A stretch of 63,075 nt of DNA, the filler included, from Vannella sp. (taxonomy: Eukaryota): the NCBI GenBank assembly GCA_023345925.1. It is 5 parts of 5 records of this genome, joined end to end, with 100 filler letters (N's around TTAATTAATTAA, not from the genome) between each part and the next. Parts side by side here need not be neighbours in the genome. Positions count along the whole stretch, not along the records: positions 40,486 to 46,900 come from JAJQQN010000898.1; positions 47,001 to 60,760 come from JAJQQN010001280.1; 3 more parts are not named here. One strand, written 5' to 3'. This document shows, piece after piece, positions 46,323-58,727 of the stretch (within the stretch, counting starts at the first letter, position 1; each line of letters opens with the position of its first letter). The position numbers were made by a program, and so were the translations under genes. Under the pieces are notes generated by a model. The model was not told the origin of the DNA, searched no databases, and worked only from the letters and a program-made list of their open reading frames with translations.

Positions 46323-46900
46323 TCCCTCCAAACAACCTAAAAATGATGAAAAAAGCCCAAAACAAATGCAAAAGGAGAATTCCCCAACTTATGAATACAA
46401 TTCGCCCATACGCGCAATAATTATTTGGAGCCATTTAGGGCGACGATGACTCGCCAACGAGGGCTCATCCGATTTGGTTCGCTTGGTGAAAAGGATTGGA
46501 GGGTACTGCGGTCTTAATCCACTGGAAGGACCTCTTCTCTCTCCGCCTTTCCTTAAGGAAGGGTCTTCCGGTTCTCAACGCTCTTCGCTCGGCTTGCTCG
46601 ATCGCGTGAGAAGTGGACAACTTAATGAAGGGCAAGCGTGATGAAAAGAAGCTTTATTCGAACAGAGTCTGGATCTCTGAGGACAAAGCGGATGCAACCT
46701 ATTGTCAACAGTTAGAAGCTGGTGACAAGCAAGGGAACCAGTTGTTGTCTCAGGTCAAAGTGAAGAAATAAAGTTGAGTCTTCATGATAAGCTCAGGAGT
46801 CGAAGAGTATCATCGTTGACAACAACTGGTCTCCCGACCCAGCTTTCTCTCACCTGCGGCCAAAAAAGAATGAAATTTTGGGATTTTCCCGGGACAAAAA

Positions 46901-47000
46901 NNNNNNNNNNNNNNNNNNNNNNNNNNNNNNNNNNNNNNNNNNNNTTAATTAATTAANNNNNNNNNNNNNNNNNNNNNNNNNNNNNNNNNNNNNNNNNNNN
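46901..47000. other. Artificial contig spacer
   Basis: N44-TTAATTAATTAA-N44. Confidence 0.99.
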
Positions 47001-47148
47001 CAGACATCAAAAGGAATGAGAGGAGCTGATGGATCAGTAACTTACAACCTAAAGGCATCCCCATTTTGGTGAGTTCCTCTCCTTCTCCTCTTCCTTCTCC
47101 TTCCCCATCCCCCATTCCAAAGGAAAGTGAAAGAAGTGAAGAACGCAC

Positions 47149-47244
47149 TTCGTTGATGGCATCCGGGTGGACTGACAAGAAGCCTTCAACCGTGGACAAG
47201 TCTCCAGAGACGATGGCGTCGTAGTGCGCTTGGGTGCCAGCCAT
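47149..47244 (-). CDS. First exon of probable ankyrin-repeat gene truncated by contig end
   Basis: HYDAIVSGDLSTVEGFLSVHPDAINE followed by a GT donor. Confidence 0.45.
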
Positions 47245-48339
47245 CGAAAAGTGGCGGGAAACACATTTCCTTTCCAATCCGTGCAGCCACACCAGATAGA
47301 AAGGGGAGTATGCGCACCCTCTAATACCAATTATCTAAAGAGGCCAAAAAGGGGGGTCTTCGTCAAAGCCATTGATTTGGGGGCTTCGAGCGCTCACACA
47401 GAGGCGGTGTTTGATGTCCGTTGGGGCAATGAGAACCAGAAGCTCTTCCGTTATGTGAGTAGCTGCTGGCTCCAGAAGAGCGGAGCGTGATCCTCAATTG
47501 CACTTTCGAGGAATCGTTCCACAAGATAAGCTTCAGCTGAAGAGCATCACAGGAGTGGAGCTGGTAGAAAGAGGACCAGTACATGTCATGGAGAAACCAT
47601 TCCTTGAGTCCTAGAGAGGATAGAGAAGGTCTTTGTACCAACGCGCTTCTCGGGGAGAATGGCCAATGAAGCGCGCCTCTACCTGTTGCCTGAATCAGCC
47701 ATCAACCTTTGCAAGCGACTCTCACCACAACGCTTTGTTTACTCGGTTCAATACCATTGGGCTTCACTGACTCTCTGCGTTCTTCATCTGCGGCAATAGG
47801 CGCTACCTCCTTCAGCTCTTCCGGCAAGGAGCCCCTTCATTCACGCGTGAGGAACAACCCTCCTGATAGAGAGCCACACTCTCCTGGGCGTCCGTCTCCT
47901 CTATCTGGAAGGTGAGAGACAGAGAGTTTTGCCGGATTGGCAAGTGAAGTTAGTCAATATCTCCGAAATGCCATTCCACGAGCATCTGGATGTGGCTTGA
48001 GAGCAAAAGATTGCGCATCACGATCCCTTGTTGAACTTGAAGAGGTGAATCAAACACGGAACAAGCATAGGGCATACTCGAAATCAGATTTATTGACCGT
48101 CATTCGCGATGCAAGTCATCCATTCTTCCTCCAGATGCTGGATTTCAGAGTGGTATCTTTGGGAGAGAATGTGGCGCAAAGTTACCGGGCCTGGCGTTGT
48201 TCAGAGCACCTCCTTTAAGCGCCTGCACAATTTTCCTCTTACATACAGGACGGCGCCCTCAACCTCAGGCCACAATGGAGCTCCTTTCTCAATAAACCTG
48301 GTCAATGAGACGCGGCGAAGCCTTCGGTCAACCCCCCCT

Positions 48340-48870
48340 CACGGTGATGGAGGCGAGGTTCTCGGAAGGCAAAGTGTTGATTGTTTGTCGGATGCGAATG
48401 GCGAGATCCGACCGTTAGAAGAGCCAGCTAAGGTATGCATTGCTCAGAACATCCAAATACCAGCAGGAAAACAGTGTTTGGGATACCTTGATGAGTCCCT
48501 CACTCCTCCAGTGTGAAAGTGCGAGGATAAGTGTCTGAAGCAGAGTAGCAGGAAACAAGGTGAAGGCGAATCTCTCTTGTGCGGTGAAACACCGCACTTT
48601 ACCAACTTTGCTCTCCTGCTCACTGGAGGAAGCGGAAACAAGGACCCTTGCAGCTCCAGCAATGGAGCTGGCTACATTCTTGGATCAGTTTACAATGACT
48701 TGGCACTTGTCCTATCGACTGTGGGCTTCATATGGATCTTAATGTGCTGCGGATTGATCGTGTTCCGCATCTTTTGGGAGCGAAGGGCCTCCACGGGTAG
48801 AAGGTGCTCGTGTTCGTCATACCCCAAGTGCCAGCACGAGCTACCGCATTCACCACGACGAAGAAATGAG
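48340..48870 (+). pseudogene. Disabled paralog of the GPS-TM tail of 49043-51998
   Basis: CLGYLDE..PPV*KCEDKCLK..CGETPHFTNFALLL; TGA at conserved Trp (48514-48516) and frameshifts after the TM. Confidence 0.8.
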
Positions 48871-48950
48871 AACCCCAAAAGCTTTCTTATAAATGAGCCT
48901 GTCATATGGACTGATGTTTATCAATGATCAAACCTTGGAAGTGGGTCTCG

Positions 48951-49023
48951 AGATCATTCCAGGAAGATGGTGGACTTTTCAAAGATCATTCCAGGAAGAT
49001 GGTGGTCTTTCCCAAAGATCATT
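48951..49023. repeat. ~32-bp tandem repeat x2.3
   Basis: AGATCATTCCAGGAAGATGGTGG twice plus a partial third unit, just upstream of ATG 49043. Confidence 0.85.
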
Positions 49024-49042
49024 GCTCCACTTCCATTACTCG

Positions 49043-51998
49043 ATGACCCCCTTTGGCAGGGAGCTCGTGGTGACTTTTTGGCTGTTCCTTCTGTTACGAG
49101 GATGTGTGAGTCAGTGCCAGAAGAGTTCTATCTTCGAGTGTGAGACAGACGGAGGAGCTTTCAACACGTACTTTAAAGGCAGCAAAGTAACCGAGAAGTT
49201 GGTGGTTGTGGAGGCTTCTGATCATGGAGACCCTTCAAAGCTATCCATAGGGGATAGCATCATGATCATGCAAGTCCAAGGAGAGTCCTCTGGTCAATAC
49301 GAGTTCCATGTGATCGAGGGACTGGAAAAAGAGGATGCCTTCTTCTATCTCTATCTCCAGCAAGCCACACGTAACACATACTCACGAGATACAGTCTCTC
49401 GCTTTCAAGTGGTCCACACGCCAGTCTGTACTTCCCTTCGTGTCTCGAGAGCTCCGCTGGTTGTTCCCTGGAACGGGGAAGTCGGAGGAGTCCTTGTCTT
49501 GATGGGTAACGACGTATACTTAGAGGACTCTCTGGATTGGAGTGGTGCTGGCTTCCGTGGAGGGCTCTCTTACTATTCTGAGGAGGACACTTCGGGCAAA
49601 GAGAACGACGAGGACGAGTCTGACGCGGACTTCAACACGCCACCATCGAACGCACGCAAGGGAGAAGGCATTGGAGGAACCCCTGGAGGCTACGCACTGC
49701 CAGCAACCTATCTTCGAGGATGCGCAAGAGCTCGCAACGCGAACGCGGGAGGAGGAGGCAACCAGGATGGTTCCTTTGGAGGCTCCAGTGGAGGAGGAGG
49801 CGGCGGATATGGTGCCGGAGCCAACGGAGAGAGCGAAGGTCTCGGTGCAGGAGAGGGAGGAATCGGGCTCGAGGTGCAAGTGAGGTCCCAGAAAGCAGGA
49901 AGGGCCATTTTCTTTGGTAAGTCTGTTGATCTGTCTTTTACATGGATGATAACAGGGGCGCAGGAGGGGGTGGAGGCGCAGGAAATCAGGTTGCCCGCAA
50001 GGAAGCGGTCGATGGCGCGAACGGGGGCGGGATCATCCTTCTACACGCCAGAGTGCTGTCTTCCACAAGCCGTTATGAGACCACTACTTTGATTGTTAAT
50101 GGGATGTCAAGTTCGGGACGTGGTACTCCAAGAGGAGGGGGTAAGTGACTTTGACTTTCACTTTGTTCTTGCTCTCATTCAGAACAGGAGGAGGAGGCGG
50201 GACTATTCTTCTTCTGTATCAGGAAGCAAGATTTGATGCTCTTGCACTGACTGCCAATGGTGGAGCAGAACAGGAAAAGGGAAGCGGAGGAGGGGGAGGA
50301 GGATATGCGTTGGGACCAGATCTTGGAGAACGGGTGCGGTCGGATGTTATGGGAGGAGGAGGCAACGCAGCGGATGGATTTAATCAACGAGCAGAACGCG
50401 TAGACTCAAGGTCCTTCCTATATCCGTCCGACGAACTTTTATGCCAGTTCGTCCCAGATCCCAGTTCAAGTCCAACCATATCTGAGACTCCTTCCATATC
50501 ATCTGCTTCCCCTAGTGTCGCTGCGAGTAGCATTTCTGATCCCACATCTGGGACACCTTCTCAGTCAGCAGGAAATGAGTCAACCTCTGCTTCCACTTCA
50601 TTCTCGCCTTCAGCAACTCTGACCATTTCCCCCACCACTTCTGTCTCCATCGAAGTTTCTTCTTCTCCTTCTCTCTCGGCAAGCACCAGCTCAACCAGAT
50701 CTGTTTCATCCAGTCCTTCCCTTTCCCCCAAAATCTCCGCTGCGTTTGTCACAGCCTCACCGAATCCTTCTATATCCAGCAAGATGGCCACTGCCTCTAC
50801 CTTAGTCACGATATCACCTGCAGCTTCATCGTCTCCTTCTGTTTCGAGCTTACTCGTTACCACAACCAAATCTCTTTCATCAAGTTCCTCTCCGACACCT
50901 TCTCGTCCTCCCGCTAGTTTTTCTTCTTCAGCATCTGATTTGGCTGTTCCAAGTTTCATTCCTCCCATTCCTTCGGAGAGCCCTTCTCTGTTGCTATCTG
51001 AAAGTGACAGTCCGATTCCCTCTTTCGGCTTCTCAGAAAGTGAGTCTGAGTCTCCATCTGCCAGTATCTCGGCGTCCTCCTTGCCCTCAGAGACTCCCAT
51101 TGAGTTTCCCTCTGCAGTTGAAACACTTTCAGAGAGCCCCTCGCCTTCCTTGTCTTTCTCTTTTCAGGCTTCCCCTTTAGAAGTGCTGTCTTCCTCACCG
51201 AGCCCTGAGACTGAGACTTTTGTTTCCTCATCTGTGGAATCAACAATGCCGAATTCAAATTCGCTCTCACCTGAACCCTCCTTCATTCCGAGCTACTCTT
51301 CCACACCTTCCCCTTCAAGAGAACCCGAAGCGGTGGTGAATGATCGGGGAGAAACTGTTGCAGACGTCCTCCTGACAGACAGTTTACCCAATGGTCCCAA
51401 TCTCACTTTATCCCTCCCCAAACCAGAGGAGCTTCCTCCATCTCTTAATGCGGATGAAGTGGTGTCAGTAGTTATCAGTGCCACTTTAGTGAACCCTGAC
51501 GGCCAGATTGTTCCTTTGGAAGAGTCAGCGGAGATCTGTATTGGATCCAACTCTGAAGTGCCCATTGTAAGGCAGTGTTTGGGCTTCCTTGACGAGACTC
51601 AAAGTCCTGCTGAATGGAAGTGTCAAGACAAGTGTCTGAAGAAGAAAAAGAGAGATGGTGTTGCTTTGTTATGCGGAAGCACCACTCACTTTACCAACTT
51701 TGCTCTCTTGCTGTCGGGCAGTGGCAAAGGAAAGGGCCCTTGTGACTCCAGCAGTGCGGAAAGGTACATTCTTGGATCATTCAATTACGACTTGGCGCTT
51801 GTTCTGTCCACATCCGGCTTTATCTGGATCTTGCTGTGCTGCATAGTCCTCTTCATTCGGTTCGCTCTCGGGTCCAGAGCACTTTACGGACCAGAAGGCT
51901 CGCGGATTCGGCATACTCGCAGCGCCAGCTATTCCTTTCAAATCGAAGTTGAGTTTGACCAAGAATACAGCCGGGGAGAAAGCGGACCCGTGCTTTGA
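49043..51998 (+). CDS. Surface protein: signal peptide, Gly-rich adhesin-like head, Ser/Thr/Pro stalk, GPS motif, single TM; 3 exons
   Basis: IMIMQVQG, FQVV, WNGEVGGVL, GFRGG, KGEGIGGTP, NAGGGG; CLGFLDE..WKCQDKC..CGSTTHFTNFALLL; introns begin 49917 and 50141. Confidence 0.8.
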
Positions 51999-52122
51999 GC
52001 GAATGATTAAATTGGTTCGCCCAATCAAGTGCCAAGTTGAAACAAAACGCAAGTGGGAAGGAGGGGGATAGGGACATTGGAATCTGCTGGCGAGTTTATG
52101 GAAGGAGGAGTAGTGACTCTCT

Positions 52123-55100
52123 TTAGCCTACGAGAGATTGCAGTTGGAGAATGGGCGATGGACTTCCATCCTCTGTGGGAACGGAGGTCATAGAGCGGAT
52201 GAATTGGGTGGAATTGCGGAGGCGAGCGTCGCTCTTCCCAAAGTAGCCGCTGGCAATGGTAAACATCTTCCCGGCAAAGGCCACCGACTTTTCGTTCAAT
52301 TGGCACACGAACACCACAAAGTGGAACATTTTCAAAGCCAACTGAGCCCAGGCCTTCTTACTCTGTTCTCTGTGTTAGCTTCAAGATAAAGAGTGTCTTT
52401 GGAGGAATCCTACGGAAGCATCGGCGCTGCTGAAGAGCTCTTCCATGTTCTCTAGGACACCTGTGACCAGAGCATCAATTACATCTTGAACTTCTTGTTG
52501 GTAAGCGGGGTCTCCTTTGTAGAGAGTGTCATTGGAGTCCACTGGTAGGTTGCTTGTCAGTATGGGAAGAATACAAAAAAAGACGTACCTTTGTCGATGT
52601 GGTAAGGGAGTTGGTCTTGGACTAGAGCAGCAAGCATCGGGAGAAGTTGCAAACTGATCTCTGAGCGGGTTGAAGTCTCTCGCTCCCAGTTTCGCTCTTC
52701 AAGAACAGCCAGCAAAGAGCGGATGAGGAAGAGGGAACCTTCTGTTGGATGCCCAGGAACGACGACGAATTCAGAACAGAGAGAGCTGATGAACCCAACA
52801 AGCTGCTCTGAAGTGGAGACCACTTTGCCATTCACTCCTTCAGTGTACTCAGGAACCTCCCCAACCAGAGAAATCATGGCCTCGAACAAAGCCTCAGCCT
52901 GCGGAATGCATTGGTTGATCAATGCAGCCTGTCCAGTGAGCAAGTAAAGGTGAAGGCGAGGGAAGACATCGTCCATCGAAGGAATAGTGATAAAGCAGAA
53001 TGCAATGCACGCGCGTACGAACGCTGCCGTCCGCTTTGTGTGACGCCCTTGAATAATACCGTGAGTGCGCATGGCCAATCCCACTGCAGTGATGACAACA
53101 GACTGCTTTACCGCATCTAGATTGCCAAAGGCACGGCGGCACTCCACGTAGAAGTTCAATTGCCGCTCCAAATCCATTCCGTAATGGACCTTCTTGAGGA
53201 AGATGGAGAGAAGAACAGCCACTTGACGAATCTCGTCCTCGTAAGAAAGCGAATTGAGAGAATCGTGAACGCTTTGGCCTGCTTCAAAGATGGCATTGAT
53301 CAAAACAGGGTCACTGGTTCGCGCAGGGTCGGCACAGAAAGACTCGAGGACGGCACGGCTCACTCGGATCTTGGATTCCCCATAAAGAAGGTCCAGAAGG
53401 GGCATAAAGTGGTCCATCGAGAAGATGCGAGTAAAGTGCTTGGGCTGACTATCAATAATGGTCAAAGCAATCGTTTGCAGCTCGGTTTGGTAGTTGGCGT
53501 AAGCGTTGTTCTCTCGCACATGCTTTAAAACATCTCCAAGCATGATGTTCAGCTCGTTCAGAGAGCAATGCTTGCAAGGGAACTGGATAAAGACCTCTAC
53601 AATGCTCATGTAAGGCTGTGGGTCCTCGTATTCGGTGACAACGCTCCAAATCTCGTTGAGAATCTGCCTTCTGTCCGCCTCTCCGGGGGGAGCATGGGCG
53701 ACCAGACTCTGACCGAGAGTGCGGTACAACCGGTACTTGGGGAAGTACGATTCGTTCGCCTCTTTGATGAGCCCAGCAAAGTCCTGAGCACGCGGGGAGA
53801 CGAAAGAAGGCTTAAAGGAAGCGAGAATCGCGTCGAGAATCAGCGCATTCCCTGTGGCCTTGTACTTTTGGAGGATGAGATCGAGAATGTCCTGCGTGGC
53901 GCCGTGCCCAATGCATTGGAGGATCCATTCGACTGCTGGCGTGTACAAGTCGAGGTACTCTGGCAAGTCCACTCCCGACTTCTTGGCGATCACTTCAAGG
54001 CGAGAGGACTCTGGTTTCTCGTAGTCCTTCGTGTCGCGCAGGCCGATGAACGTGTCCACGTGAGCGTAGAACATGCTCAGCTGGTACTCTAGTGACCCCC
54101 CAGCTTGTTCAGCGTCCTGGCGTTAAGGAGAGAGAATGCACACACCTGTTTGATAGCATCCCATCTCACGGCCTTTGCGAGCGAGGTAGGCGCGGGCATA
54201 GGTGGACACCAGCGGGTTTCCCAGGCCGTTGAGCATGATTCCGATCCTCTGAACGATCGTAGCGTACGTATCGTTGGCCAGGAAGCGGTAGCAGTTGATT
54301 AGAGCCATCTCCACGTAGCTATGCCCCCGATAGGTTACACCAGGAGGCCAGCACTCTCTCTCCCAAGCTTACATTCGAGGGAGAAGCTCACGAATGGACG
54401 CAATCTTGTAGAACCAGTTACGGCACGTCTCCCTGGCCATGGGAGTGACATCCTCTGCCTTAAAGTCCTGTGGAAGAGGCACAGGGACTGCGTTAATCGA
54501 GTCGTAGATGACTGAACGGCCCCTCAGTCGGTCAAACACGAGCCTTCCGAACGTGTCGAGGATCTCCGTGATGAGAATGAACTTGGAAGGGTAGAACTTG
54601 ATCACTGCTGTGTCGCTCAGCAACTTGCTGCACTGAATGGCGATCTTGAGCGATTGCACTCTCTGGTTCTCGTTCCATGCTTGAAGTAGCTCCTCGTGCA
54701 TGCTCTCAATCTGTGTAATGAACTCTTGCTGAGTGATCTTCACAGTGCTCTCGCCCTCAACGTCCTTCTTGGTCGCTTCCTCGAGCTCCTCCAGTCGGTC
54801 CTTGACCTTATCCACGGGTCCCGCTGAGAGGCAGCGTCAGTGATAGTCTCAGAAGAGTACAAGGTGACTCACCGTTCTCGTTCTCCATGAAGGAGACGCT
54901 GATGGAGACTCGCTCGTTCGTTGTGTACTTTTTGAGTATTCCTGGCTTCCTGACAGTCCAGGGGATGAAGCCTTCGTCATCAGAGGGAGTGTAGACGTCT
55001 TTCTTATCCTCTTCCTCTTGAACAGCGCGAGAGAGCGGGTCGTACGCGGGCTCGATGTCCACATCCAGCGGGTTCTCGTCTCCTAGCGGGTTGTAGTCTG

Positions 55101-55428
55101 GAGAATAGGTTATTAGAGTGACCCTCTATACTCTAAAGAAGAGACTGCGGCGTGGGAGGTACGCACTGGAGAGTGGGTCGACAAAGACAGCGCGAACTTG
55201 GTTTTTTGTTGGTTCCTCCGCCTGCTTCGTGGCTTTGGGGGCAGTAGTCTCTTCAGAGAGAGGACCATTGGCCACCTCTGTTCTTTGTACAGCCTGAGCA
55301 GCCCTCTCGGCCTCGTAGTCCCGACGCCGGGGAATTCTGAGAGCAGCCCGCCCTTGTCAGTCTCCCATCCAGCCCTACTCCGGCTCTCATCACGCCAAAG
55401 AGCCTTCTACTATCAACCTACACTCCAT
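52123..55428 (-). CDS. VPS35L: VPS35 endosomal sorting factor-like (Retriever subunit, C16orf62), multi-exon
   Basis: QRVQSLKIAIQCSKLL..FYPSKF..ILDTFGRLVFDR, ETCRNWFYKIASIRELLPR, ERQLNFYVECR, ACIAFCFITIPS. Confidence 0.93.
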
Positions 55429-55582
55429 ATTGCGACTGAATCTTGCTCAGAAGCAACGAAGAAGTCGCCGCCGCGCCGCTCAACGCCTCTCCCGGCATGG
55501 CCTCAAGAAATGGAGCAGAAACAGCTTTGGGAGGGTTTGGGGGTGTGAGAGAGGTGTAAGGAAGAGGGTTTGGATCATTTGG

Positions 55583-56895
55583 ATGTCTTGGGGAGAGAAA
55601 GGAGAGCCCTCGGGACTTTGGGGGCCTCTGGCGGTGGGGATGGTGCTTGGTTTCGGCCTTCACTATGCTTTAAGGAGAGTAGGAGAGAAGGATCTTTCGA
55701 CTGGTGTGTGGCAGCGACCGGAAGGCGGAGCGAAGCTACCGTTTTGCTTCAACAGAGATGTCCGGGATGGGTTTGTGGGCGCTATTGGTGGCTCTCCTCT
55801 CATCTACTTGCGCTCTCTATCAGAAGAGACTGGCTGTCACATCTTCGTAAGCAAAGACGGCCGTTTGGGTGGAGGAACAGGACACTGATCGACAGGAAGG
55901 GCAAAGCTGAGTTCATGAACCCAGGAGGGAGCGTCAAGGACCGCGCTGCCAAGTTCATACTCAAAGAGGCTATCAAAGACGGGCTCCTCGTCCCTGGAGG
56001 AGTCATAACGGAGGGGACAGTGGGCAGTACCGGCATTGCCTTGGCCCTACAAGCTCGTGCGAACGACTGCTCCTGTCAAATCTTCATGCCAAGTGACACA
56101 GCAATCGAAAAGAGTGACCTGCTAACGGTACTGGGCTGTCACGTGACCCGCGTGCCCCCTGTGGCCATCATCAACCCTCAACACTACGTCAACAAGGCCA
56201 AGAGACTCGGTACACAACGTGACAACGACGTGTTCTTCTCTGACCAGTTCGAGAACCTCGCCAACTTCCGCTCGCACTTCTTGGAGACCGGACCGGAAAT
56301 TTGGCGCCAATTTTCCGGCGCCGGAATCCGATTGAGTTGCGTTGTGATGGGAGCCGGGACAGGAGGAACACTGAGCGGGGTAGCAAAGTACTTGAAAGAG
56401 CAAGACGAACGCATTCGAGTGTTCCTTGTGGACCCTCCCGGATCCGGATTGTTCAATAAGGTCAATTCCGGTGTTCTGTATGCGAATGAGGAGGCGGAGG
56501 GGAAACGTAAGCGCCATCAGAGTGACTCTATCACCGAAGGAGTGGGAATCAATCGACTGACGCGGAACTTTGAAGAAGGTCTTCCGTTGATCGACAAAGC
56601 CTTCCGCTGTGCTGATGAGGAGGCCGTTCGGATGAGTCGTTACTTAATCAAACGTGAAGGTCTCTTTCTAGGCTCTTCCTCCGCCCTTAACTGTGTCGGA
56701 GCAGTCCGAGCCGCTCAGGAACTCCCCAAAGGGTCCGTGATTGTGACTATCCTGTGCGATGGCGGGCACCGTTACATGTCCAACTTCTACTCTGATGAGT
56801 TCCTGTCCTCTCACAATCTCCCAGTGTCCTCCTCCTTCCCTGAGAAGCCCACATTGTCGGATGTCCTCCTTCCTCCCTCTCCTAAGTTGGTCTAA
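55583..56895 (+). CDS. Cysteine synthase-like PLP enzyme with N-terminal TM, 2 exons
   Basis: KAEFMNPGGSVKDR, EGTVGSTG, DQFEN, GAGTGGT, EGVGINR, ILCDGGHRY. Confidence 0.92.
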
Positions 56896-56959
56896 ACAAG
56901 CTCTCTGCGTTCTCTAGCTCCTGTAACACTTCATTTCTTGGTGTTGGGAAGGAGTGGGC

Positions 56960-58547
56960 ATGGTGGAGGTCGTCTACGACCCCAACGATGACGGTTGGGA
57001 CGTTGTTTACGTCCCCAGTCAGAGTATAGAGCCTGAGGAGATCGCAAAGTTGGTGGGCTTTGTGCACTATGAGGTAGGTGATGTACTGGATGCTTGGGAA
57101 GGCGTTAACAGCGTACAGGAACGTCCTTTGCTTTCATGTCTTCTCCGTTTGAGTCTGTGTGAGGCTAGTCGTTGTGTCTATGTCTCCTCTGTTGAGATAC
57201 CAGACCAAGCAATGGTGTACTATCTGTCAGTGTGCACAGGCGAAAGCGCCGTCCGAGAGTCGATCCTCTCTCGCCTTCTTTTTCTTCATATGGGCGATGA
57301 CTCGCCGCTGGCCCTCACGGAGAAGCTCAATCGGCATCCAGAGATGATAGCACGCATCAGATCATGGATACGCCCCGCTTCTGCCTTCCTGCGATGCATC
57401 ATTTCGACTCCTTACGAGGAGAACTTGTCTCGCTTGTTAGAGATCCCTCTAAGAGCGAATCCTCCTTCATATTCCTATCTGGGTACCAAGCATGGTAGTC
57501 GGACGATCTTTCAGGAAGCAGGAATCCGTAAGGCGCTCCCCAAACATCACTTTCTCCTCCTCCTCACCTCCATTAGCCTTCCCAAAGGGATGTGGACAGG
57601 TCTTTAACGAAGAAGACCTTATCCAAAGTATAGAAGCCGTCTGGTTGGACAAGCCTACGCACAGAAAGTATGTCGTGAAGCTCAATGAAGGGGTGTCTGG
57701 GGAGGGCAATGCCATTCTCTTCCTTGAGGGGGCACCTGAGTGCATGGAGCCATTACAAAGACGTAGATATATATCCCAGCAGCTGGAAAATATGGAGTTT
57801 GTGGCTCCAAGTGAATTCTGGACTCAATTCCGCTCCAAAATCGAGAAACAAGGAGGAATCGTTGAAAGATGGATTGAAGGAGAGTTTGTCACTTCTCCGT
57901 CAGTCCAAGGGCTCATACGAGGGCCTCAAGACGTCATAGTCTTGTCTACACACGAGCAAATCCTCAACCAAGAAGGGAGCATGTACTTGGGATGCCATTT
58001 TCCGGCAGACTTGGAATACCGGGACTTATTGAAGAGTTACTGTGAGCAAATAGGTCGCGTTCTTGCTTCTCGTGGGGCAAGAGAAAGGTATGCAGTGGAC
58101 TTTGTCGCAACAAGAACACCAAATGGATCAAACAGTCATCAAGTGTATGCCATTGAAATCAATTTACGGTCGGGCGGGACGACGCATCCATTTGAGATTG
58201 CCAGACAAGTTTGCGGTGCTTCCTTTCATCCTAATGGTACTTTACAAACTCGAGAAGGGGTGGAAAAGTGCTACCAAGCATCAGATAACGTTGTCCATTC
58301 CTCCTTTTCCCTCCATTCTTTAGCCCACTTGGTGGAAGTTCTTCAAGGATCTCCTGTTCATTGGAATCCGCATACCCTCCGTGGATGCTTATTCTACTTC
58401 CTGGGAGCCCTCAAGCTTCACGGCAAAGTTGGCCTCTTGGCCATCGGTAACTCCCGTCAGGACGCTTCCTCCCTCTTCGAAGAAGCCATCCTCACTCTTG
58501 TCACATCCTCGAACCAACAGCATCAACCCAAAAGAGAAAAAGAATGA
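56960..58547 (+). CDS. PGM1/BesA-like ATP-grasp peptide ligase, 3 exons
   Basis: VPSQS..HYE, LTEKL, GTKHGSR, VVKLNEGVSGEGNA, SPSVQ, LSTHEQ..YLGCHFPA, EINLRSGGTTHP, GKVG. Confidence 0.85.
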
Positions 58548-58727
58548 CTTAGGGGAGAGCAGCGACGGACAACCTCAACGCAACGCGCCCTCTCCCCATC
58601 AAAAGGGCGGGAAACCTCAAAAAGTAGTTCTTGGATGCGTTAGGAGCCAATGAAGGTATTCCCGTCTACTGCCTGTTCTTCGTTGATGTGATGCTTGCTA
58701 AAGAGAGCGGGAAAGGGCATTTTCTGG

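Noticed and set aside
46440..46620. Hairpins and TTCCTTAAGGAA palindrome as a possible ncRNA
   Set aside because: No recognisable family motif or second copy; cannot be supported by eye.
48514..48516. TGA at a conserved Trp, suggesting UGA=Trp recoding
   Set aside because: The same copy has frameshifts, other genes use TGG for Trp and several end in TGA, so a pseudogene is the simpler explanation.
48951..49023. CRISPR-like repeat
   Set aside because: Adjacent tandem units without unique spacers, no cas genes, eukaryotic context.
50561..51100. Glu/Gly-rich antisense ORF and many similar shadow ORFs
   Set aside because: Reverse-strand shadows of real CDSs (here the Ser/Pro stalk).
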